Shown piece after piece: positions 9,806-23,475 of a DNA stretch of 64,000 bases; position 1 is the first letter of the stretch; every line of letters begins with the position of its first letter. The position numbers were made by a program, and so were the translations under genes. Where the stretch lies: contig NC_086118.1 of the NCBI RefSeq assembly GCF_963921235.1, positions 22,756,001 through 22,820,000 on the forward strand, read 5' to 3'. Below the pieces are notes generated by a model. The model saw nothing but the letters and a program-made list of their open reading frames with translations. It had not been told where the DNA came from and searched no databases. This DNA is from Mobula hypostoma (taxonomy: Eukaryota).

Positions 9806-12647
9806 TATCCTACAAGCCTGGCAACTTCAGGAATCCCTTCACTTACTGTAACTAAAGCTGGCAAAACAAAATTAAATGAAAACAAAGATGAATATTGCCC
9901 AGAAACCAGTTCAGTGTTGGTTCCTATATACTCTGCTACAGAATACAGATCTGCAGCTATCATAAAAAAACAAATAATGGTAACAGATGGTTAACCATAT
10001 CCTTCTAACTGCCATTCACCACAGTTACTCATGAGTTAGAGAAATTCATGGCATCATCAACCACATATTCATAAAGACTTGGCCAACGTTTAAGATGATA
10101 CTTCAAGTCAAACCGACAATTTTGGGAATGAGAATCCGACGTCAGTAGCAGATGCACACATTCAATGTCCATGGAAAGACTGAAGGGAAGAGTTCCTGGT
10201 TTTTGATCTACCTCAGACATGGTAGATTATATTTAAAGGAACATGTTCATGCCCATGGTGAATCAGCCGCTTGCTTCTCAAATGGAAAATGTAAGATAAT
10301 CCTAGGTACACCAGACATAGAACATGTTGTGTTAACCTACCCATCAAGCCCTGATATTCGGGTCACCTCATTTCTTCATTTGATAACTCAGGAGGCTACT
10401 AATTGGCTTGGCAGACTGGTCATGCAAGTGTGAAGCTTTTCATGTTATACAATGCAAGGAGGAGAAGCCAAAAAGCAAAATGTGAAACCCTGGTAAACCA
10501 TAGCTTTCCAGTGCCTTTTTAATTATATTATTATTAAACTCTGGCATGGGCTGTTTGTAACAGAAATACATTGGCACATTTGTCAATCACTTTGGAGTTC
10601 CCATCTGTGGCATCAAACTAGAACTGACGCTTACAATTTCTCTGCTAAACAGCAAGATTGTGCTATCACGAGTGAAAACACCTTAACTTTCCCAGCAGAA
10701 AAGAATGTTGAAAGCATGTTCACAATGAAGTTGTGCTATTGACTGCATATTACATAGTGACAGTTCATGTCAATGATAGCAAAGTTGGCCATTTGCTGTC
10801 TTAAAATGTCACAGCATTGCAGAGTCACATTTCCATGGGGCTACTAAACCAATGTCAAGTCTCTCAACTGTAAAACAACCGTCAGATCAAAGGATTTATA
10901 TTCGGGGTAGCAGAGACGTGTGACGTTAGCATTGAGAGCAATGTAGACAGACTGTGATTTTCGCTTTAAGCAGCACTTCCATGAGAATCCTAGTGAAAAT
11001 TAGAAATAGGCTTGCAAGACATTCCAAAACAGACTTGTATATCTCACAATGGATGGCCTAAGCAGAATACATGGGGGAAGGTGCAAAGAATAAAAAACCT
11101 GGATTGATAAACCACCATGCATGGGAAAGAGAAGAAGGACCCTTTGTAATGGAAGCAAACATCCTGATGCGAGAACCAACCCAAGCGATGATCATCTCTC
11201 TGCTTCCACATTTGCTATCTGACTCATTGAGCTCATCTGGCAGTTTGTTTTTCCCTGTTTGCAGGGGAGGACCTGCAGCAACTAAAAAAACAGCTCATAA
11301 ACAGCAAATTGATGATAATGAGATCTGCTGTTAGTGTAGTTGGGTGAGGAATGAAAATCATAAGAACGTCCTACTTCTTTCTCACAAACATGCCATGGGA
11401 AGTCATTTTGCTTCTCAATTCAACTTGTACGTCAGCATGGATAATGCATCAAAATCTTTGTGCATCACCTCTAGCATTGTTAATTGAGGATGAATTTTCA
11501 GTTAATCAAACCCAAATATATACTAAAAATCAAACGTCAAAGTGTAACCAGGAGACATGAACATTGGAACAACAGCTGTCCAAATTATCATCCCACCCCC
11601 ATTTCTTTCCAGCAAATCTCCTTTCGTCTAAGGGTTCGGTGAACTATACAATAGAGTTGCCTCAAAAATAGAAAAGAGCTACAGATTTGCAAGTGCAGGT
11701 ACCTCTGCAATCAATTAGTTTTGACTACAAATACTCATTCTGGTTCTTGGCAGTGACTTCCACTTTTTTTCATTGCAGGCCTTTACAATGTGCTTCATCT
11801 TTGTCCAAATATCACACATATTTCCTCTCTCAAATATGCTGTTTGGTCGATGTGAAGAAACAGTAACTGATCTACCTAGTTAACAATCCGCTAATGATTT
11901 TCACAAACAATCATTAATGGGATGGTAATGGCATTGTGAAAAACAATCTTAATATAACACATGGGTAGAGTTATTTTTTTTAACTTGGAAGCTCTATCAA
12001 TAGAAAAGAGTTTGCAGGAAACATTCGCTCAAATATTTCTTCTCCCAGTAATTAGTGCATGATTATTTTTCACCTTGAATTCTTCTGGCTTATTTTTACT
12101 ACATATATTTCATAGTTAGCACCAATCAAACCAGTTCAGTTCAAGGGGACAATGGGCAAATTTACATCCAAAAAGTTATACACCATCACAGCATCCAAAT
12201 GATGGTTGCAATCAGCCAAAATGAATGATTATGTTGAATTCCCCTCAAGCTATTTCTGATGCCGTATGTGCAGGACAGAGCTACCCTCTAATCAACAACA
12301 GATTAGTTTTCTGTAGCCTGGCAGCAAATGTCTCAATGTTTCAATCCCCATTCATAAGTATCACAACACACTGCACTAAGCTGCCCATTTTAAACAAGAA
12401 AAACAAATAACAGTGGTATTTCAGAACCAAAGTTGACAGTAAAAATCTTTGCTTTGGCAACATGTTTTAGGGCTGTGCTTATGATAAAAGGAATATCATG
12501 ACCAAATTACCAGCCTCGTGGCTTTAATGAAATCAAAGCACATCACAATCTCCACCGCTTCCTATACCAGTATTGGTGCTGTCACAACTTCAATTTCTAA
12601 CACAGTTTCAAAATATTTTACACTAAAGGTCACAAAATTATCAACAT

Positions 12648-13627
12648 CAATATATATTAATGACTTAGACGAGGGAATTAAATGTAGCATCTCCAAGTTT
12701 GCGGATGACACAAAGCTGGGCGGCAGTGTTAGCTGTGAGGAGGATGCTAAGAGGATGCAGAGTGACTTGGATAGGTTAGGTGAGTGGGCAAGTTCATGGC
12801 AGATGCAATTTAATGTGGATAAATGTGAGGTTATCCACTTTGGTGGCAAGAACAGGAAAGCAGATTATTATCTGCATCGTGGCCGATTACGAAAAGGGGA
12901 GGTGCAACCAGACCTGGGCGTCATTGTACACCAGTCATTGAAAGTGGGCATGCAGGTACAGCAGGCAGTGAAAAAGGCAAATGGTATGCTGGCATTCATA
13001 GCAAGAGGATTCGCGTACAGGAGCAGGGAGGTACTACTGCAGTTGTACAAGGCCTTGGTGAGACCACACCTGGAGTATTGTGTGCAGTTTTGGTCCCCTA
13101 ATCTGAGGAAAGACATTCTTGTCATAGCGGGAGTAAAAAGAAGGTTCACCAGGTTGATTCCTGGGATGGCAGGACTTTCATATGATGAAAGATTGGATCG
13201 ACTAGGCATATACATGCTGGAATTTAGAAGATTGAGGGGGGATCTGATTCAAACGTATAAACTTCTAAAGGGATTGGACAGGCTAGATGCAGGAAGATCG
13301 TTCCCAATGTCAGGGAAGTCCAGGACAAGGGGTCACAGTTTGAGGATAAAGGGGAAGCCTTTTAGGACCGAGATGAGGAAAAACTTCTTCACACAGAGAG
13401 TGGTGAATCTGTGGAATTCTCTGCCACAGGAAACAGTTGAGGCCAGTTCATTGGCTATATTTAAGAGGGAGTTAGATATGGCCCTTGTGGCTAAAGGGAT
13501 CAGGGGGTATGGAGAGAAGGCAGGTACAGGGTTCTGAGTTGGATGATCAGCCATGATCATACTGAATGGCAGTGCAGGCTCGAAGGGCCGAATGGCCTAC
13601 TCCTGCACCTATTTTCTATGTTTCTAT
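12648..13627 (+). mobile_element. CR1 LINE 3' part, young (uninterrupted RT C-terminal frame)
   Basis: IYINDLDEG...KFADDTKLGG...LYKALVRPHLEYCVQFWSP...FFTQRVVNLWNSLP with no stop until 13537; tail ctatgtttctat. Confidence 0.93.
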
Positions 13628-14180
13628 CACATTGTGAGCAATTCTGGGCCCCTTATCTAGAAATGATGTGTTAGTATTGGAGAAGCTCCAGAGGAGGATC
13701 ATGAGAATGATCCTGGGAACAAAAGGGTTAACATATTATGAGGAGCAGTTGATGGTCTGGGCGTTTACTCACTGGAGTTTAGATTGATGGGGGATATCAT
13801 TGATACTTATCGAATATTGAAAGGCCTAAATAGAGCGGATGTAGAGAGAATATTTCCTACAGAGGGGGGAGTCTAGGTCCAGAGGGCACAGCCTCAGAAT
13901 AGAAAGTCACCCCTTTAGGACAGAGATGAGGAGAAATCTATTTTGCCAGAGGGTGGTGAATCTGTGGAATTCATTGTCATGGATGACAGTGGAGGCTAAG
14001 TCATTGAGTATATTTAAAGCGGAGGTTGATAAGTTCTTAATTAGTAAGGGTGTCAATGGTTACAGGGGTAAGGCAGGAAAATGGGGTTGAGAGGGATAAT
14101 ATATCAGCCATGATAGAATGGCTGAGCACTCTCAATGGGCCGAATGTGTTTAATACTGTCCCTATGTCTTATGGTCTTAT
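13628..14180 (+). mobile_element. Second, older CR1 LINE 3' fragment directly adjacent
   Basis: Decayed QFWAP...RVVNLWNSL region; tail tatgtcttatggtcttat. Confidence 0.85.
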
Positions 14181-15346
14181 ACCAGTGGACTCCAAATAGG
14201 AGGAAAACACAGTAAAAATGTAACGTTTGAGTAGATAATTTAACGTAAAGGTCAGATTTGTCATTATTGAATGGAGTACGTATTCAGTTTTATGAGTAAA
14301 AACCTGAGAGAGAATATATTTCATGATAGACTAAAAGAGCAATTCAGGCATTATGAATTTATTATTTGGAAAGAATGATCATTTGGACCCATTTTGAAGA
14401 TCAAAAATTAATATATGACATTGGAAACAAAGCCATTTTTAATTTGTTAGAAGAATGATTGCAAAACATAAAGCAAACGTAACTATATTAACATTTTCTA
14501 AAGAGAACAAATTCTAGAACTGAAAACTGGTATACAAATAACTGTATGATAACAATAGAATCATTAGTTTTAGCACAGAATGAATACAATAACAACATTA
14601 AAAGGCTTGATATATCAAAAATTCAAAATATTTATTAAAATGCAGATAGCTTTCAAAGGGCCAGATGCATTTTCTAAAAGGGGCAGATGTTAAGTCCAAT
14701 ATGGGAGCAGCACATATTTCATACAGAGGCTTGGTTCAGAGATCAGAAAAACAGCCACCACCATCAGTACACTGGATCTCAGAGACTGGATGCAGATTGT
14801 CTGTGATACTGGGCAAATGAAAATGTGAGCTGCAGCATTTTGGATGAATTGAAATTTATGGAAAACTGTAGGGAAGGTAAAAGCTGTGAATCTTAAGGCA
14901 ACAAACAAACTTGGATCCTGCAGGAGAGGGTTATGAGTGGATTCAGAACTATTGAGGAACTGATCTGAGAATAGGCTAAGCTTCTAGCTCAAGCAGAATC
15001 CAATGATTCTGTATGCTTTCACTATGAGGTACAACTGGAGGCCTACGTTTGCACATGCCAGTGCAAGTATCATGCCATTAGCCAGTACAAGCAAACACAA
15101 ATAGTTATTCACTATCATTTCACTTGCCTGACTTAATTCGACTGATGAATGGTGCCCAGGCACCAGAGTTTGCAGTGATGATCATAAACATTGTATTCAG
15201 TTTACCCACATTTAGTTGTAAAAAGTATCTGCTCATCCAACCTGAATGCCAGATAAACAGAGTAAACTATGATAAATCTGAGAGTGGATTAATCCAGTGA
15301 GTTGCTGCGAGGTGGAATTGTCTTTCATCTGTTCACAAGTTCAGAA

Positions 15347-16300
15347 TTTCAGAATCAGATTTATTATCATTGTTATTTGACATGAAATTTCTTGTTTTGC
15401 AGCAGCACATTGTAAGGACATAAAAATCAACAAATTACAAGAATAAGTAAATAATGCAAGAAAAAGGAATGAAGAAATAGTGATCATAGTTCATGGACCA
15501 TTCAGAAATCTGATAATAGAGCGGAATAAGTGGTTTCATAAGCACCGGCCTGATGGGCCATAAAGGCTCGGGACAGACTTTTTAAAAAAATCAATGAGTG
15601 AGGGTCTTCAGGCTCCTGGACCTCCTCCTTAACAGTAGTGATGAGAAGAGTGTTTGTCCCAGATGGTGAGGGTTCTTAATAATTGATGCTGCCTTCTTAA
15701 GGCACCATATCTTGGAAGATGTCCTCGATGGTGGGGAGGCTTTGAAAGTAAGATAAGCTTTATTTGCCACGTGCACATTGAAGCATCAAAACACACAGTG
15801 AAATGTGTCATTTGCATCGATGACCACACAGTCTGTGGATATAATGGCGACAGCCTGCAAGTGTCAGCACCAACATAGCATGCCCGTAACTTACTATAGA
15901 GCTTGGGTCTCTGTCACTGTCATAGCATTATACTAACCACTACACCACCATGTCTGTGACGGAGCTAGCTGAGACTAGAATTCTCTGCAGCCTCTTGTGA
16001 TCCCTTGCACTGGAGGATCCATACCAGTCTGAATGCTCTCTAACATACACTTATATAAATTAAAACGAGTTTTTGGTAACATACCAAATCTCCTCAAACT
16101 CTTAATGAAATAAAGTCCACGGTATGCCTTTTTTATAATTGCATTATAAATGTTTCGGGCCCAGGATAGGTCCTCTGAGATGTTGACACCCAGGGACTTG
16201 AAGCCGCTCACCCTTTCCACCTTTGACCCCTCAGTGAGGATCGGTGTATGTTCTCCTGACTTCCCCTTCCTGAAGTCTACAATTAGTTCATTGGTCCTAA
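15347..16300 (-). mobile_element. Rex1/Babar-like LINE 3' part, split by a SINE
   Basis: TNELIVDFRKGK...FKSLGVNISEDLSW (ORF 15975..16367) and CLKKAASIIKNPHH (ORF 15591..15776); AATAAA-tctgattctgaa tail on the minus strand at ~15350. Confidence 0.85.
15745..15950 (-). mobile_element. tRNA-headed SINE (internally deleted) nested in Rex1
   Basis: Minus strand starts ggtggtgtagtggttag (A-box-like) and ends aataaagcttatctt; it interrupts the Rex1 reading frame. Confidence 0.5.
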
Positions 16301-16609
16301 TAACATGCCTTTGAATGACATCACCTGGGATAATATATACTGTGGGTGCAAAATTACAAGGAACCAATGTTAAACGCTTAGATTACTCCATTGCTAATAG
16401 TGTGCAATGACAGAGGCAAGAAACTCCATGGTTTTAAGTCTTTGAGGTCTTCAATATTAGCTCCTGTACAAATGATTTCCATTCATGTAATTGCCCTCTA
16501 AATGTTGCGGCTCACAGTATCCCTATGATGCAGTTAGGGAGAACCGTTCCCCCCCCCCCACCAGGATTTTGACCCAGAATCAAAGTTCTCTCAATCATCC
16601 AACACAAGA

Positions 16610-16740
16610 AGGGCCCTGTTGAGGGTTCTTGGCCTGAAACATCAACTGCTTACTTCCCTCTGTCTCACCTGCTGAGTTCCTGCAGCATTTTGTGTGTGTT
16701 GCTCTGGATTTCCAGCATCTGTAGAATCTCCTGTGTTTCC
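16610..16740 (+). mobile_element. Penelope-like 3' terminal fragment (degenerate hammerhead region + tail)
   Basis: ggcctgaaacatcaactg...cctgctgagttcc...tgtgtgttgctctggatttccagcatct matches the end of the other Penelope copies. Confidence 0.7.
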
Positions 16741-18359
16741 CACTGTTAATCCTTCCAGCAGCTTCACAGTATATCTCTTCTTCAACTCTTATCCAAATTC
16801 CCGGCCAAAATATAAAAGGATCGCTCAGCTCTTTCTAGGTTCTGACTTAATCTGATAAACTGCTTCGAAGTAAACACTCATCCTGCAGATTCAACATCAA
16901 GCCAAAGTACAAAGCTGCCTAGGAGTAATTCTGCAGTATAGTCTTATGTAAAGTCCTACTGATTAGCACTCTTCCTCCACTTCCACCACTGGCCCCAACA
17001 GCAATACCAACAGAAGCTCCCTTTATCAGATTTGCTGTGCGACAGGTTTTTAAGAGTGGTGTTAAATAGTTGCAAACTGCATAAAAATGTGGAATGTTAC
17101 CTTACCCCTTGGTTATTTATTTTCAATGCGGGTCCAATTTTCTGACAATGTTTGCATCACATTGGTAACTGAGAGAATGCATTGTCACTCCGCTGACTGC
17201 TTGATCCATGGGCAACGATGCATGTTTCAGCTCCTCCCCCTCATTATGTCATGACTGGAAACGGGTTACTTGAAGATTAAATGCTTCTACCCGAGAGACA
17301 GGTAACCTTTCATTATTCCCTTTAATCCTGCATAATAACAGTGTCAGAATGTCACTAATGCTCCATTACACACAAGACAACTAGAAAGAAAAGCCCAAAT
17401 TTCCCTAAAGACCATATTGACATAGGTATTGATTTTACCAAGTTTACTAAGAAATCCATTTGGGCAATATCTACTAAATGAATAATCCCATTATCCCACA
17501 GAACTACATGCAGTTTCATCACAGAGAAAAACATCATACTTAAGATTAAAATGCATAGTTTATTTTCTAAATTATGTTTAAAACGATTGGGTAAAAACTT
17601 ACATTTGGACATAAGTACTTTGGGTGTTTTTAAAATGTCACAAAGGTGGTATGTTTAGACTGCAGTGCCACTAATGTGTGTCCAATGAATTTATTATATT
17701 GTTTGATAAGCACAAGTTACAGAAAAAGAAGGAGAAAAGGAAAAATAGAAGTCCTATAATATTCCACAAGTTAAGTCATTAGTACAAAATAAACAATTCG
17801 TTATGGAAATAGATGGTATCATTGATAGTTCTTTCTAACCTCTGAAAACCAGAATATTTCTTATGGCTCACAAGAAAATATTGTAACCCTTCTGTTGATC
17901 AAGCTGTGGCGATTGCCTAATCCAAAATACACAACCGACAAAATGAATTTGCCTGCAAACAGGAGTGAATTTATCAGTGTAGTGCCTCAGATTAACATCC
18001 CATAAACACCAGTTTTCCACCTTAATGGCAGGTGAACCAGAGAGAGCAACATCTCACTGCTTTTCCCAGACAGGTCCATTTTTTCTCCCTCTAATGTATT
18101 TGATGGTAATGTAAACGTTCCTGTACAAAGCAGGAACTAATGCTCACTGTACACATTCTAATTCTTTAATTTCCATTGGGGTAATGCACGGACATGTTTC
18201 CATCATTTCTGATCTGTATTTGAATTGAAAAACCAGCCATCAGGAAGGTAGTTGTGGGAATTGCTGCAACTGAGCTAAATATTTAGAAATTGGATTTCAC
18301 CATTGCTAGGTGCACTGGAATAAGTTCCGTTTCACTGTCATTCTCAGTCCAGAAAAAAA

Positions 18360-18925
18360 ACAGGCCACTTCCCGGTGGCCAAACTTTTTAATTCTGATTC
18401 CCATTCCTGTTCCGATGTGTCAGTTCATGACCTCCTCTTGTGCCAGGATGAGGCTACTCACATAGTGGAGAAATAACACTTTATGTTCCATCTGGGTAGC
18501 CTCCAACCTGATGGCACAAATAATGTTTTCTCCTTCCAGTAAACAAATTCCACCCCTCTTCTTTATTCCCCACTCTGACATTTTACCTCTTCTTATCTGT
18601 CTATTACTTCCCCCTGGGTTCTTCCTCCTTCCCTTTCCCCTGTGGTCCACTCTCCTCTCCTATCAGATTCCTTCTTCTCTAGCCCTTGGCCTTTCCCATA
18701 CACCTGGCTTCACTTATCACCTTTCAGCCAGCCTCCTTCCGCTCCCCCCACCTTCTTATTCTGGTACATTCCCCCTTCCCTCTCAGTCCTGGAGAAGGGT
18801 CTTGGCCCAAAAACTCCGACTATCTATTCATTTTCATAGATGCTGCCTGATCTGCTGAGTTCCCCCAGCACTTTGTGTGTGTTGCTTTGGACTCCCAGCA
18901 TCTGGAGACTTTCCTGTATTTATGA
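18360..18925 (+). mobile_element. Penelope-like 3' fragment (GIY-YIG C-terminus + terminal repeat)
   Basis: Similar to 6155-6720 (ccggtggcc...ctgggtagcctccaacctgatggc...gctgcctgatctgctgagttcc). Confidence 0.8.
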
Positions 18926-19970
18926 TAGGCCACAAAGTTGATTGAACTGCAACAATAGTGTTTCGTACCCTAAAATGGGACCTGTGTACACAGACCCAGG
19001 CTCCATTAAACTTGGCTGATGGGACATTAATGTGCGGCAAGCTGAAAAGTGCATCAGCTCTTACAGCTATATTCACCAGAGAAGCCAAGGAGAAGAGGAA
19101 AGAAGTACACGGATTGGTCAGATTGGCACAGATACATGCCAAGAGGGAGTTTTTCCCTGCTTGGGGTCTTGAGGGTTCAGGACATTCAGCATTAGAAGAG
19201 TCTAGCAGGAGAGACTCAACTACTCTCCACGGGAGGTAAGGATCTATGGACCCAGGAAGCAATACCTGGAGGAGAATTTGTAGCCTGACAGTTCAACACT
19301 AATAGAACACAACTCTTTCTAGCGGACACACACAATCACAATTTGTTAATCACTCAAGTTAAACTTCATCCCCACACTGTGCACAGCCCACCCTATCTAC
19401 CAGTATCATCATAATGGACACAGTTATATCTTACTTTATCTTTGCAGCTTTGGGAAAAGCCTCTCACATCTCCTCTCCAAAAGAAGAGTTCACAGTTTGA
19501 ACTTAACCAAGTCATTGCTGATGCTCTAAAGACAGGAGTTGTTCTTTGTTTCAGCAACATTAATAAATATAGATAATACTTAAATGCTGAATCTTTTATT
19601 TCAGTTGAAGAGAAAAGCATTTGAAACATCTAGAATAAGAATGGAATTCGCTTGAAGTGGTTGTTCCAATAAGTTTGCTGCACATTGAATTACCAGTTCA
19701 TGGCGAAATGTTATCAAGGTATTTAAATTTCAACCACAAATACAATATATTATAATTTGATTTATGCCATGAATAAATAAAATGGGTATGGAGTATGGTA
19801 GATTATTGACAAAGTGTTGAACCACTGATCCAGAAGAATGAATTCAAGTCCCGACTTGGTAGCTAAGGAATTTAAATTTAAGTAAGTCTGGTGTCCTTGA
19901 AACAAAATCTTGTCCCAACAACAAGACGAATATTTTTCAGGGAAGAAAAACTACCATCTTTACGCAGTCT

Positions 19971-21420
19971 GGCCCATGGTAGTGTAGAGGTTAGCACGAC
20001 GCTTTACAGTACCAGCAACGCGGATTCAAAGTGATCAAACAAGCTCAGCATTTTAACACCATTATTCCTATAGTCCTGATCAAAAAGCTACTGAACCTGG
20101 GCCTCTGTATCTCTCTCTGCAACTGGATCCGTGACTTCCTGACCGGAAGACCACAACCTGTGGCGATTGGTAATAACATCTCCTCCTCGCTGATGATCAA
20201 AACTGGCACACCTCAGGGGTGTGTGCCTAGCCCACTGCTCTACTCCCTCTATACCTATGACTGTGTGGCTAGTTATAGCTCAAATGCCATCTATAAATTT
20301 GCTGATGATACAACCACAGTTGGTAGAATCACAGATGGAGATGTGTGGACCTAGAGGACTAGATATACCAGCTAGTTGAGTGGTGTCGCAGCAACAACCT
20401 TGCACTCGATGGTAGTCAGACCAAAGAGATGATTGTGCACTTCAGAAAGGGTAAGATGAGGAAATATGAGCCAATCCTTACAAAGGGATCACAAATGGAC
20501 AGAGTGAGCAATTTCAAGTTCCTAGGTGTCAACATCTCTGAGGATCTCTCTTGGTCCCAACATACTGATGCAACTATAAAGAGGTTATATTTCATCAGGA
20601 GTTTGAGAAGGTTTGGTTTGTCACCTAAAACATTCCAAAAACTTCTACCGATGTACGGTGGAGAGCATTCTGACAGGCTGTATCGCAATCTGGTAGGGAG
20701 GGCTAATTGCACAAGATCGAAAATTCTAAAATTAGTCAGCTCCATCAGGCGTACTAGCCTCAGTAATATCCAAGATTTCTTCAAGGAGTGGTGCCTCAAA
20801 AAGGTGGCATCCATTATTAAGGACCCCCATCACCAAGAACATGTCACCTTCTCACTGTTACTGTCAGGAAGGAGGGACAGAAGCCTGAAGCACAGACTCA
20901 GTGTTCCAGGAACAGCTTCTTCCCCTCTGGTCATCCGATTTCTAAATGGACATTGAACCCATAAACACTACCTCCCTTTTCAAAACTATTTCTGTTTTCG
21001 CACTACTATTCTTAACTATTTAATATACGTATCTATATTAAGATAATTCATTTATTGATTTTTTTCTATGTTATCAATGTTTTGCATTGTATTGCTGCTG
21101 CTAAGTTAACAAATTTGACGACATATGCCGGTGATAATAAAACTCACTCTGATTCAGATTCAGATTCAATTCCCATCGCTGCCTATAAGGAGTTTGTACC
21201 TTCTCCCCATGGCCCTGTGGGTTTCCTCTGGGTGCTCCAGTTTCCTCACACAGTCCAAAGACGGACCGTTGGTAGGTTAATTGGTCATTGTAAATTGTCC
21301 CGTGATTAGGCTAGGTAGGATTAAATCGTGGGATTGCCGGGCAGCAAGGGCCTATTCTGTGCGGTGTCTCAAGAAAGAAAGAAAGAAAGAAATAACTAAC
21401 TAACTAACTAACTAACTAAC
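19971..21420 (+). mobile_element. V-domain tRNA SINE (HE1-like) split at its B box by a Rex1 LINE
   Basis: A-box-like tggtagtgtagaggttagc; B box ggattcaa|ttccc; V-domain gtgggtttcctctgggtgctccagtttcctcacacagtccaaagac; (gaaa)n(taac)n tail. Confidence 0.75.
20030..21162 (+). mobile_element. Rex1/Babar-like LINE 3' 1.1 kb
   Basis: [39 protein letters not shown]; (gattca)n tail; 7-bp TSD gattcaa at 20023-20029 and 21163-21169. Confidence 0.9.
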
Positions 21421-21829
21421 TACATATGCAATTCTAGATCTGCTGGAACGGACTAAGCTGCCTCTCCAGTTCATAGCGGTTCTGGGTGAACAATAACAAT
21501 GAATCTTCACAACCCATGAACAGTTAAGTAAAAAGTTTAAAGTAAATTATGTTTTTAATTCCTGTTACATTTTATTGTTGGAACTGCTGGGGATTAAGCC
21601 ATTAAATCAGCAATGACCATTGCAGCTGCCATTCCTTTGCACGAGCTGGCTAATGTTTACTCAACTTTCATCACAGCAATAATGTTCACAACAAACTTCT
21701 ACAGAGCTCACAGTACAAATTGAACTTAATGAATCTGGTGAAATTCAAGAGACCGGTAAATGGATCTTCGTTCATAATCTCAGCTAGGCCCAAAAATATT
21801 CCTTCAGCAGATGCATATTAATTTCCCAT

Positions 21830-22540
21830 CAATTTTCAGTATTTTGAAGGAATCATTCCTCTGTCCCTTTCTTCCCAAAGAGCATGCCCGGTCTTATGGC
21901 ACTTTCCCTTACAGCAGAAGTTGTAACTCTGGTCCTTTCACCTTTTCCCTTCTCTCCATCCACAGGTTCAAACAATCATCATTTCTTCCATTCTCATGTA
22001 CTGTGATCACTATTCACAATTTGGCCTCCTTTACTGAGGAGAAACCAACCACAGAGTAAATTATCTCTCTGTGGGGCTCCTGCACTTATTCCGAAAAAGT
22101 GACCTTGGGCGTCTGCCTACCTGCCACTTCAATTCTCCATCCAATTTCCACTCCAACCTTTCTGACAGGATAATATGGTGAAGCCCAATGCAGGTGTAAG
22201 AACAATACTTCATTTACCATCTTGGAACACAGCAGGTTTCTAGACCTAATAATGAATTATGCAAATTTATGTACCTGGTGCCTTGTCTCTTTCTGATTCA
22301 GAAACTGCTATTCTGAGCTTTCTACCTGACATCTGTCTGTAATTATGACACTTCTAGACATGTTCCATAGCCTTGCTATTAGCAACAATTAACACAGATC
22401 TGTTCCTAACTTCTTATTTACTCATTTGGTCTCATCCTATTCACTTCATTCCTGCCCCCTTTACCTTATCTGCAAATGAGTTTCTTTTCTTTGTTTCCCA
22501 GTCTGGTCCTGCAACATTAACTCTGCTTCTCTTTCTGTAG
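21830..22540 (+). mobile_element. Very degenerate Penelope-like relic
   Basis: Weak resemblance to the GIY-YIG region (cctgccacttcaattctccatcc...aacaatacttcatttaccatcttgg). Confidence 0.4.
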
Positions 22541-22590
22541 AGCAGGTGCTCCCAATCTGGAGCCCACATACCAGTCAGTTAATGGTAAGG

Positions 22591-23475
22591 AACAACCACA
22601 AAAATGATGGTGAACGCAGCAGGCCAGGCAGCATCTATAGGAAGAGGTACAGTCGACTTTCCACCCAGAGAGTGGTGAATATATGGAATGCTCTGCCCCA
22701 GAAGGCTGTGGAGGCCAAGTCTCTGGATGCTTTCAAGAAAGAGATGGATAGAGCTCTTAAAGATAGCAGAATCAAAGGTTATGTGGATAAGGCAGTAACT
22801 GGATACTGATTGTGGATAATCAGCCATGATCACAGTGAATGGCGGTGCTGGCTAGAAGGGCCGAATGGCCTACTCCTGCACCTATTGTCTATTGTCTATT
22901 GAGGGGAGGGGTGGAGCTAAGAACTGGAAAGTTGATTGGCAAAAGGGATACCAGGCTGGAGAAGGCCATGGGACGGGAAGCAGGTAAGGAGTTATAGTGA
23001 GAGGGACAGAGGGAGAAAAAAGAGAGGAAGAAAAAAAGGGGGAAAAAATATATATATATTAAAAAATATTAAATAAACAAATAAGGGATGGGGTGTGAAG
23101 GGGAGGAGGGGCATTAACGGATGTTAGAGAAGTCAATATTCATGCCATCAGGTTGGAGGCTACCCAGACGGAATATAAGGTGTTGTTCCTCCAACCTGAG
23201 CGTGGCTTTATCTTGACAGTAGAGGAGGTCGTGGATAGACGTATTAGAATGGGAATGGGACGTGGAATTAAAATGTGTAGCCATTGGGAGATCCTGCTTT
23301 CTCTGGCAGACAGAGCGTAGGTGTTCGGCAAAATAGTCTCCCAGCCTGCATTGGGTCTCACCAATATATAGAAGGCCGCACCGGGAGCACCGGACGCAGT
23401 ATATCACCCCAACCGACTTGCATTTTTTGTGTGTGTTGCTTGAATTTCCAGCATTTGCAGATTTCTTCGCGTCTG
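22591..23475 (-). mobile_element. Penelope-like element (GIY-YIG + terminal repeat) with short inverted tail arm, 14-bp TSD
   Basis: SVGVIYCVRCSRCGLLYIGET (ORF 23114..23650); plus-strand tail at ~23418-23475; TSD agttaatggtaagg (22577-22590) / agttaattgtaagg (23476-23489). Confidence 0.85.
22658..22901 (+). mobile_element. CR1 LINE 3' end inserted into the Penelope-like element
   Basis: TQRVVNIWNALPQKAVEAKSLDAFKKEMDRAL; (ctattgt)n tail. Confidence 0.85.

Larger units (their letters stand above)
19790..21520 (+). mobile_element. Old tRNA-type SINE relic split by a V-SINE (outer layer: ~19790-19974 + ~21421-21520)
   Basis: B-box-like gaattcaagtccc; sequence breaks at gtctggcc and resumes with tacatatg; a related relic lies at ~45830-46085. 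Confidence 0.4.

Noticed and set aside
12518..13537. Longest ORF (339 aa) as a host gene
   Set aside because: It is the C-terminal half of a CR1 reverse transcriptase entered from flanking DNA and followed by a CR1 3' UTR.
19971..20030. tRNA gene
   Set aside because: The A/B-box-like sequence is a SINE head, split by a LINE and followed by a V-domain; no cloverleaf.
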